Below, piece by piece: positions 53,629 to 64,000 of a stretch of 64,000 nt of DNA. Source of the stretch: Kudoa neothunni (lineage: Eukaryota; Animalia; Cnidaria). The stretch spans positions 1,522,917 through 1,586,916 of the forward strand of contig OZ199840.1 in NCBI GenBank assembly GCA_964304625.1. Direction: 5' to 3'. Both the position numbers and the translations under genes were made by a program. The notes beneath the pieces are model-generated. The model was not told where the DNA came from and did no database searches. It saw only the letters and a list, made by a program, of their open reading frames with translations. How positions within the stretch are numbered: position 1 is the stretch's first letter; each line of letters begins with the position of its first letter.

Positions 53629-54315
53629 TTAACTAAGATTATAGAGAATTAAACGAAAAACAATTCATAAATATTACAGTTCTTGCACATCTACTGAGGA
53701 GGTATCTACTTTTTTAATAAGCGATAATTAATGTTCGTTGAATATACATACAGGGCATCTGTTCAGATATAGCGCAAATTTTATATAAAAACTGAATTCT
53801 TAAGTTTTAAAAGTAAAATTTATTAATAAATAACCTAGAACTATTTTAGTTTTAAATATTGCGTAGGTATATATGCCACAATTGTATATGTCGTACGGTA
53901 ATGGGTGTTACTTTTATCCTTAAATATGATCAAATAGTTCTTCCGGTTTCAGTATAATCGAATATTTGTCTACACCTAATGTCAACAAAATCCAAATTAA
54001 ATTTAAAATTTCTTCCGTATAGCGCGAATTCCGAATAATCGAGGTTCGACTGTACTTTTTTTATTTTATGTCCGTTTATTATGAAAGGTTACACATTTTA
54101 TCAATTAAATAGGTAGATTAATATTTGTATTTTAATTTTGTTTATCACTACTATAAAGTAGGATAATAGGTTGTTTTTTGACTTTGAACTTCATTTAATT
54201 ACTTTAATAGTATTTACGAATAGTATTATTTGTTTGAAGAATAATAGTGTTCTATATACGACAGGCAAATGAACAAGTACGATTTTCTTTAATCCTATAC
54301 ATAAAATATCAAGCA

Positions 54316-55716
54316 ATGAAATATTTAATAATTATTTTAATTGCTTTAATATTTTCTAGAATAAATTCAGGTTTTTAGCCATTCGAAGCAATAATTAATT
54401 TCGCAATAGTTTCCTTCACTGAGTGAGTATGAGCTATCAGAAGGTGAAAAACCTCATTGGGCTACTGGAACTCAGGATTTCTCCGTAAGGAGGATGGTAT
54501 GTGGATAAAACAACTGCTATTTGTCGTACATTTACTTATTTGGGTAACGGCGGCAATGAGAATAACTTTGCAACACGAGAGGAATGTGAGCAGCATTGTA
54601 TGCTGATTTATTATATGGTATTTGTGATTATAAAATTAGTTAGATTCACACCGGAAGAACAAATACATGATTGTGCTAAAGGAAAGCCAATTGGAGCTGT
54701 TCATTGGAAGGAGATAAAATGTTAGACAGGTGGTACTTTAAACGAGATACTTCGGATAGTAAAACAACTGGAACTTGTGAAACTTTCAAATATAACGGTT
54801 GTGGTGGTAATGCAAACAATTTTCTAACAAAGGAAGATTGTTTAAAAGCCTGCCAAAGTAATTTTGTGTAGTTCAATAGTCTTTTTATTAGAAATAGATG
54901 ATAAAATAAATGGTATTAGTGCAGTGGCTCCCGATGATACTCCTGAAAGGGAAAAATACCTCGTTCCGAATGATTTTGACTGTCATGTAAGAGAGCAAGT
55001 GGACACCCATGATCCCGATGTTAAAATAGTTCTACATCCCAATGGCCACCAATGTATTTATAGTGCGATAAAGAAAAATGCCGAAAGAGGTTTCTTTACC
55101 CACCTTTCAGGAATGTGTCGGTTTTTGCATACGTAAATTATTAATAATTAAGATATTTCTATAATGAATTTTAGCAATTGAAAAACAAATTGAAGCTTGC
55201 AAGAGAGATGGTCCCGATCAAATGTTTAGGCACTGGTAGTGCCGAATCGCAAGGTCCTGTAAAAGAAAGATACTACTATGACAAAAATGCACAAATGTGT
55301 ATTCGTTTTTCATAGCTTTGCAAATAAGGACGGAAGTAGTGACTTTAACTTATCCGAGAATCGATTCCCTACTTTAGAAATGTGTTTGAGCTATTGTCCT
55401 GCAAGTATTTAATTGCAAATGAATTTTCATTCGATTCTGATTAATATTTAGCAAAGCAACCTAATCCAATTGAAGCTATTGAAGTGTGTTCTTTGCCTAA
55501 AGCGGGAGAGAAAATTACCCTCCTCATCTACAAACGGAATACTTGATGAAAAACGTTATTTTTACAATTCCAGAATAACTCCACCTGTATGCGAAGAATT
55601 CAAATATGGAGGTCTGAATGGAAACTATAACAATTTTGATACCATAGAAGATTGTAAAGCAATCTGTCAGACCCCCTTAGCTACAAACGGAAACTGTATC
55701 AACTGAAGTCGTATAA
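54316..55716 (+). pseudogene. Penta-Kunitz subfamily B copy 3; frameshifted as assembled
   Basis: All six exons and splice sites are present. 1-bp indels at about 54494, 54696, 55101, 55227, 55520 and 55686. No nonsense substitutions seen, so these may be assembly errors. Confidence 0.7.
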
Positions 55717-58682
55717 TTGTCAGTACTATTAAATTTTAAAAAATTGAATCATTTATTTAGTAAATTTTTTATTTCATATAACATTAAATTTTGTTAGTAA
55801 ATCTATCCAATTCTATTGTTAAATATCAAAAAAAGAAATCAAAGTTATAAGATATTTACAATAAATTAGCTTGTTTCAATTATTTTTGCAATCTATGTAT
55901 GTAAAGAATAAATTTCAAGTTTTTAGAAATAATAAATATAGTAAAACGTTAAATTTAATATTTTGAGTGATGTATAATATAATATTAAAAGATAGTGATG
56001 AAATAATATTTGAACTCAGTACGAATGACATTATTATTAACTAAGATTAATATATTAATTTGATTTAGAAAAATTACGAATTTTTTCTGAGGCATTATAT
56101 GAGGTTTGGAACAGGACTTTCCGATTTGGGATACCGGAGATAGTTACTGGGGTTCCGAGACTCACATTTTAGAGCCAACGAAAAAAACTGTATATATAAG
56201 AAGGCATTGTAAATAATGTATCAGTTCTAAGTAATCAGAATCTCTCCCCAAAAATATATGTTTGATTCGTGCGCAATCGAAGCTGAAATATGTCTGATAA
56301 ACAAATAGTCAATGATGAATTTTACAATTAGTGTATATTTTAGATCTACTATTATGTAGTTATTAGTATATGAAATAAAAATAACCCTTTTTTTTCATTC
56401 ATAAATAAATTATTTAGTAATAATTTTAAATGGTAAAACGTAAAAAAATTATTAAATTTTTTCTTCTAATGATGAAGATAAACTACCTATTAAGTATTTT
56501 AAAAAGGGTTGTATAATCAAAAATTGTATTATTTATTATTTTTAAGTAAATATAAGGTAACTAAAATTGAAATTTAATAAGGATCGAGATTAAGTTATTT
56601 GGGTTTTTTTGTTAAAAATGTTTAAAATTTTTATACTACAAATTAAAATCAATTTAAACTAAAAATTTATATTACAGAATGGGACACTTGTTTTTTCGCA
56701 TTTAATTTTTATATAATTAAAACAAAAAATTTTGCGGAGAAGCCACTATCGACATCTGATATTTTGTACAAAAATATATACATATCTAGGCTTATTTTCA
56801 AATTATGATTTATTCATCTCTGTCTAAGGAAGAGTCCTATTTTGACATAATTATTGTCCAAATAAGATAAGAAAAAAAATTCAAAGCACTTATTTTATTA
56901 TCAGTTTTATTTATTTTGTTTCGCATTTATTGTAAAAGTAGACAGCTTTCTTTTTAATGTAATTTTAATAAAAATATTTTCCCACCTAAAAATTAATTCA
57001 TTTTAAATCTCTTTTTTGAGGCGGGGTACAAAAACTAAAATGAATCTGGGAGCGCTGGCTTAATATGTACTTTATGTATTGTTGAGTGTGTCGTTAATTT
57101 TATTTTATGTTTGAATGTTAATAATAACAACCCTACCGATGAGAAAACGTTTCGGTGCTCCTTTATTTTTATTTTTATTAGGATTTTATTTTATTTAATC
57201 CATATTTTGTGATGTTTTTATATTGAATTAATTATTTCAATTGCTTAATTGAAGTTTATTTATTAAAAATTTTTAATAAAGTTTTTCCATTAATCTATTC
57301 TTTACAATATATTAATATTTATCTGAATGAAGACATAATGATTAATTTAATGTAATCAGTTTAAAATTAAGAAGATAATTATTAATAATTATACGGTTTA
57401 TTCAAATAAATTATAAATTTTCGCCAATAAATCACGAATAAATATCAAAAATAATTGTTAATGATGTTTAAATGCGAGAAATTAATTTCTGTAGTTTCCC
57501 GAGTGCAGAGCTATACTGTATTCTTGTGTCTTGCTATTGAGTAGCCATTTCTAGAATTAAATTTGTGAGTAGATAGCATCTATTTTTGAAGGTTGTAATT
57601 TATTTCTTCTTTAATTCGGGAAATTAACAAATTCTTCTTCTTTTTTTTCATAAAAAGTGTCAATTATGATGTCAATATTAAGACTTACTAAATAAGCTCT
57701 GAAGTATTGATAACTGCAACTAGAGAGCAAAGAGCCTCATAGGTGGTAAATGATTACCCTACGTGCGGGAAAAAATAGGGTTTACTTCTAAGAGTGGAAT
57801 TATTTAAAAATCATAGACAAGAAATCTCGAACAATTTAATTCAGATTTCGAACAGTCTATCTTGAACTAATTTTTATTTAAAACACAATTGCTTTGATCT
57901 TAATATTGAATATAGCGTGATAAATAATCTTACATTTTGAGATAAAATTTTGAATTTAAAATAAAACAATCGTTTAATAAAATATAATAATGGTTTTATT
58001 TGATTAATTACAAATATTGTTTTTTTCTATATTATGTTCATTGAATTACCTTTATCCGTAATTCCCATAAGTTTATTTTTGAGTTTAAAATAATTTAAGA
58101 CTACGTAATTTTTGATCGGGTATTTCATTCATATATCGTACGTTTTTACGCCCGAATCTAACACATCCTTACTAAAGAAATTCATGAAACTTCTTAGTTA
58201 TATAAAATAGATCACCAATAATGCGGCACATAAACATAATGCTATTAACCATCTTTTGCAGCAGTTATCCATTAAATTTATTATATCTAAATTTATAAAT
58301 GAAATCATAACGTTGATATATTCAGAAGAACAACTTTTATATAGCTCTTAGATATTAAAATTTATTAGAAATTAAACCCATCAAAGACAAAACGACATAA
58401 GTTACTTCCAATTATTAATTTTATTTTATAGTCTTTAGTTATGAAAATTTCCACATTTCATCCATTAAATAAGTAGATTACTATTTATATTTCAGTTTTG
58501 TTTATCACTACTATAAAGTACGATAAGAGATGGAATTTTGACTTTTGAACTTCATTTAATTACTTTATTAATACTAAAGTTCACGAACTGTATTATTTTG
58601 TTGATGAATAGTAGTGATCTATATACGATGGGCGAATGAAAAAGTACGATTTTCTCTAATCCTATATATAGAATATTAAGAA

Positions 58683-60088
58683 ATGAAATTTTTAATTATA
58701 ATTTTTAATTTCTTTAACATTTTCAAGAATATATTCAGGTTTTTGACAATTCGAAGTAATAATTGACTTCGCAATAGTTCCTTCACTGAGTGAGTATGAG
58801 TTGTCCGTAGGTGAAGAACCTCACTGGGCTATTAACGGTCAAGATTTCTCCGTAAGGAGATGGTACGTGGATAAAACAACTGCTACTTGTCGTACATTTA
58901 CTTACTTGGGAAACGGTGGTAATGCGAATAACTTCGCAACTCGGGAAGAATGCGAAGAACATTGTAAGTTCCATTATTATATGTTATTTTTTGAATAAAA
59001 CCCAGTTAAATTAATCCCGGCGAACAAATATATGATTGTGCTAAAGGAATGCCAACTGGAGTATGTTCATTGGAAGGAGAAAAGTTGTTAGACAGGTGGT
59101 ACTTTAAAAAAACAACTTCTGGAAGTGAAAAAACTGGAACATGTGTAGCTTTCAAATATAATGGTTGTGGTGGTAATGCAAACAATTTTCTCACGAAAGA
59201 AGACTGCTTAAAAGCGTGCCAAAGTAATTTTGTTTAATTAAATAGTCGTTATAATAAATTTAGACGGAAAAATAGAAAATATTAGTGCAGGAGCTCCCAC
59301 TAATACCCCTTCAGACGAAATATACTCCGTTCCGAATGACTTTGACTGCCATGTAAGAGAGCAAGTGGACTCCGATAATCCCGATGTTAAAATAGTTCTG
59401 CATCCCAATGGCCATCAATGTATTTATAGTGCGATAAAGAAAGATGCCAAACGAGGTTTCTTTACCACCTTTCAAGAATGTGTCGGTTTTTGCATACGTA
59501 ATTATCAATAATTAAGATATTTCTATATTGAATTTTAGCAATTGAAAAACAAATTGAAGCTTGCAAGAGAGATGGTCCTGATCAAATGTTAAGCACTGGT
59601 AACAGTGCTACACAAGGTCCTGTAAAAGAAAGATACTACTATGACAAAAATGCACAAATGTGTATTCGTTTCCATAGCTTTGCAAATAAGAATGGAAGTA
59701 GTGACTTTAACTTATCCGAGAATCGATTCCCCACTTTAGAAATGTGTTTGAGCTATTGTCCTGCAAGTATTTAATTGCAAAGAAATTTTCATTGGATTCT
59801 TATTAATATTTAGCAAAGCAACCTAGTCCAACTGAAGCTATTGATGTGTGTTCTTTGCCAAAAGCAGGAGATGGAACCTCAACCACATCCAAAAACGGAA
59901 TACTCGATGTGACACGTTTTTTTTACAATTCCCAAAAAACTCCACCTGTATGCGAAGAATTCAAATATGGAGGTTTGAACGGAAACTATAACAATTTTGA
60001 TAACATAGAAGATTGTAAATCTATTTGTGAGACTCCTTTAGCTGTGACAGAAGCTGCACCAGGAGCTGCACCAGCCAGACAGGAATAA
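58683..60088 (+). pseudogene. Penta-Kunitz subfamily B copy 4; two 1-bp indels as assembled
   Basis: Exon 1 is 56 nt vs 55 nt in the paralogues (+1 at about 58707), and there is a -1 at about 59021 (CCG GC GAA). Otherwise complete and open. Confidence 0.65.
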
Positions 60089-61734
60089 TTCTCTATACTA
60101 TTAGATTATCAAAAATTGAATAATTTATTTAGTAAATTTTTTAATTCATATAACATAAAATTTTTTTAATACATCTATCCAATTCTATTGTTAAATATCA
60201 AAAAAAGCAATCGGAATTATAGGATATTAGTTTTATATTAATTATTTTTCATTTATTTATGAAATCTACATATGTAAAGAATAAATGTCAAGTTTTTTAG
60301 AAATAATAAATATATATATAATAAAACGTTAAATTTGATATTTTGAATGTTACATAATATATTAAAAGATAGGTGACGAAATAATATTTGAACTTAGTAC
60401 GAATGGCATTATTATTAACTAAGATTAATATATTAATTTGATTTCGAAAAATAGTGACTTAGTTCGGAAACGTTATATGTGGTTTAAAGCAGGACTTTCC
60501 GATTTGGGATACTGAAGATAGTTACTGAGGTTCCGAGACTCACATTTAGAGCCAACGAAAAAACTGTACATATAAGAAAACATTGTAAATAATGTATCAG
60601 TTCTAAGTAATCAGAATCTCTCCCAAAAATATATGTTTGATTCGTGCGCAATCGAAGCTGGAATATGTCTGATAAACAACTAGTCATTTGATGAATTTTA
60701 CTATTAATGTATCTTTTCAATCTAATATTTTGTATTTATTAGTATATGAAATAAAAATGATATTTTATTTGTTTTTCATTCCTAAATAAATTATTTAGTA
60801 ATAATTTTAAATGTTGAAACAAGAAAATTATGACATTTTTTCTTTTAATGATGAAGATAAACTACATATTAAGTATTTTAAAAAGGTTGTATAATCAAAA
60901 ATTGTATTATTTATTATTTTTAAGTAAACTACAAGGTGATTAAGAATTAAAATTTAATAGGAATCGAGATTAAGTTATTTAGTTTGTTTGCAAAAATGTT
61001 TTAAATTTTTATACCACAAATTAAAATCAATTTAAACTAAAACTTTTTATTACAGAATGAATCACCTTTTTTTCATTTAATTTTTATATTTATATTTATG
61101 ATTAAAATAAAAAAATACAAAAGCGAAAATTGGCAAAGGTGCCAATATTCGCATCTGATATTTTTCACTAAACTGGTAATATATCTAGTTCATTCGCAAT
61201 ATTGATTTATGTCTACCTTTAACTAATAAGAGTCCCATTTAATTTAAGTATTGTCCAAATAAGATAAGAAAAAAACTCAAAACATTTATTTTATTCGCAT
61301 TTTTTTGTAAAAGTAGACAGCTTTTTTCGTTTTAATAGAACATGTTCCCCACTTAAAAATAAATGCATTAAAACCTCTTTTTTTGAGGCGGAATGCTGAA
61401 AATAAAATGAATCAGGGAGTGATGGCTTAGTACATCATTTATGTATTGATGAGTGTGTCGTTAATTTCATTTTATGTTTGAAAGTTAATAATAACAACTT
61501 TACAAACAAGAAAAACTTTTCGGTGCCCATCTATTTTTTATTAGGATTTTATTTAATTTCATCTATATTTTGTGTTTTATTATATTGAATTAATTATTTC
61601 AATTGTTTAATTGAAGTTTATTTACTCAAAATTTTAAACAAAGGTTTTCCCATGTATCATATTCTTTACGATATATTAATATTTGTCTTAATATAGACAT
61701 AACGATTAATTCATGTGATTAAATTTAAATTTAA

Positions 61735-64000
61735 CCCTCCCTGTACCAACTTTCAAAAATTGCGCGTGTGCCCAACTAGGGTATTTGCGTACCCCAGATA
61801 AAAATGCTTTAAACTTATTCAAAATATATATAATTCATTAATTGAGAATACAACACATAATAGGGTTAATTCATCAAATCATTTAAATATAGTAGCTTCT
61901 GGTCTACAGATAAACAAAATTTATTCATTTATCGAGTCATGATTACAGCATCGAAATATGTGCACCTATTTACCTAATATTTATTGGCACAAATAATATA
62001 AGTTAAATAAAACTATCGGCAATGCCATAATCCTTGAGGTTACCAATAACTGATAGTAAACACGACGTATCCACCACCATTTGATGCACGGTTTTCGTTT
62101 AGACTCGGCTTCCATCACTATAAAAAGAAGGAGTAAAAATTAAATAACTTAACGCCTTCATGATTGCACCAAACATAAAGTATTAAATGTTCTATGCTAA
62201 TGGCTATAAAATGAGCATGAATAAGGTTTTCATTTGTTATTAATATATAAAGGATATGCCAAACCCATGATATCACGGGTGATTAATCCCGTGCTTGAAA
62301 TGAAAATTGACCCAAATAAAATTCGAGCGGCTTACATGAAAATACAAAAATTTATTTCTCGAGATATATATGTACAGACATTATCATTAACTTTATTTTT
62401 TGTTGTATTATGGATGTTAATTTTTCCAATTAACGCATAAATTAAAAGTCGTTTTTTAGACTTAATGTAATTGCCCCCATCGTTTGTATTTTTATCGGAA
62501 ATCTGTACCTAAGCATATTATGATAATATTAAAAAAATAATAGAATTTAATCTAAAAGATTCCAACAATCAGGACATTGAATAATATTATTGTTTTCGAT
62601 GTTTTACTCGCAAAAACTTGACAACTGAAACATGCTACGTTGGTTTTCTTATCCTTATTTCGTGGGCAAATGTGGCATCTATTTCTCTTCATTTGCTGCA
62701 TGTAATTTTCTTGGCAGTCGATAGAGTTGGTGTTTGTTGTAGATTTATCAAAAAATTGAAACCCTTATTTTATATGACTTTGTAAATAGTGGAATTCTTT
62801 TGGCGACATACTACATTTGGAGTTGCCAACTGAACAGCAAGCTCACGGAGGGAATGCTGGCTTTTGCTCCTATCATTCTTCCTCCATTCAGGATTTTGCT
62901 TAGTCCATACAATTTAGGCATTCAATGAGGCCATATCAATGATATCCATAAATATCTTGAGCGGCCACCTACGGGTAGCCCGTGAACAGGAGTATGACAT
63001 GGTCATTTTATCTCCGCCGTCCACCCCGCCTTTTGTCTTATTGTAGTGTAATATCACAGCTGGCCTTTTTCGATAGCTATCTTCGATCGATGTGTCGTGG
63101 TGTTGGGTGGACAAAATATTAACTGAATAATTCTTCTTCGGAACATACGAAGTTAATGTTAAATCACCACAAAATCCGAATATCGAAGAGAACACCTGCC
63201 TTGCGGGCTAGAAACTCTTTGGGAATGTCTGGCTTGTTTGATCTGATGGTCCCAGTTAAGGTAAGCTTTTCTTTAGGAGATTTTTGCAAGAGGAACTGAC
63301 GTAAAAAAGTTGTCAACTGTTACGCCTCGACCAGTTCCAAAAAAAGGTGTAACAACTCTTTCAGCTTGATTCACATCCCTTGTTCCATTAACTTTTCCTG
63401 TATATGGCTGAAGATTTAGAATGTATGACGTTTCTACATCCGCAGCAACCAAAAGCTTAATGCAGTATCTTCCAGGTTTGTTTTTAATGTACACTCCGAA
63501 GGGGCATCTACCGTGAAACCTAACCAACCTATCGTCGACGGTAATGAATGGTCCTGGGGAGTAGTATTTTTGACAGTTTTCATTAAACAAAGAAAACATC
63601 TGACGGCAATGTTCAAATTTATCGTTTGTTATTTGAAAACGATCAGCTCTAGTCGATTTGTCATCGAACCGAAGTGTACGGTAGATATAGGAAAATCGGT
63701 TCCTTGGCATCGCAGAAGAGAAGAACAATTGTTTAAATAGTGGATGGATATCCCAAGCATTTCTCAGAGAGAGCATCCTGCCATTCGAACGTCCAGCGGC
63801 AATCAAAACACTAACAAATGCTATAATTTCGTCAGTGGAAATTGTTGCATGACCTTCTGGATTAGTTTCTTCACAATATTTATTTGCATATCTTGTTATT
63901 TCATCAATGATAGTAGTCGACAAAAATAAAAAGAACGAGTCGGAAACAGTTAGTATATTTTTAGCTTCTCCCAAAACACCTGATTGAGTACTTACGATGT
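61735..64000 (-). mobile_element. piggyBac element running off the right edge of the window
   Basis: A TTAA|CCCTCCCTGTACCAAC terminus with a GGGTA..TACCCC subterminal motif interrupts the array spacer. The transposase follows on the minus strand. Linking this terminus to the transposase is inferred. Confidence 0.75.
62590..63974 (-). pseudogene. piggyBac transposase (PGBD4-like), frameshifted
   Basis: Motifs TVDDRL, YIKNKPGRY, VTVDNFFTS, YNKTKGGVD..D, RRWP, and a C-terminal Cys-rich RCHICPR..CFSC. Split across ORFs 63273-63974 and 62914-63195. Confidence 0.88.

Larger units (their letters stand above)
50790..54052. mobile_element. Tc1/mariner-pogo-type non-autonomous element (outer layer of a nest)
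   Basis: Perfect 18-bp TIRs CAGTCGAACCTCGATTAT with TA on both sides. The empty site is seen upstream of copy 2 at about 46530. Confidence 0.88.
39300..61730 (+). repeat. Tandem segmental array, about 4.3-kb unit x4 (Kunitz gene plus spacer)
   Basis: Spacer landmarks recur, e.g. GTGCGCAATCGAAGCTG at about 42278, 48728, 56269 and 60644, and ATTCTTG(T/C)GTCT at about 39318, 45626, 49918 and 57520. ATG-to-ATG distances minus inserted TEs are about 4355, 4260 and 4367. Confidence 0.9.

Noticed and set aside
1-64000. CRISPR arrays, operons, rRNA or other prokaryotic systems
   Set aside because: No regularly spaced short repeats or rRNA-like sequence; genes are spliced and the TE content is eukaryotic.

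Overview
This is very AT-rich eukaryotic, most likely animal, DNA with mostly 39-50 nt GT-AG introns. It is not prokaryotic, so the ORF track mainly shows isolated exons and antisense noise. Manual splicing gives: (1) six members of a family of secreted five-Kunitz-domain proteins of about 395-400 aa, with a conserved 2-6-4-4-4 cysteine pattern and one phase-1 exon per domain. Two are a convergent pair (1-723 partial, 12596-14058) and four form a tandem array with a period of about 4.3 kb (40403-60088); copies 3 and 4 carry 1-bp frameshifts. (2) Two intronless nucleoside hydrolase paralogues flanking a GOT1/GOLT1 gene. (3) A RING-H2 E3 ligase gene. (4) Many DNA transposons: pogo/Tigger, Merlin, piggyBac, hAT-like, MULE-like and Helitron-like, including a Merlin transposase relic with four 40-41 nt introns and a three-level nested insertion. 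The best candidate for an undescribed system is the diversifying penta-Kunitz family with paired cysteine losses. The organism (a small-intron animal, possibly a parasite) is inferred only.
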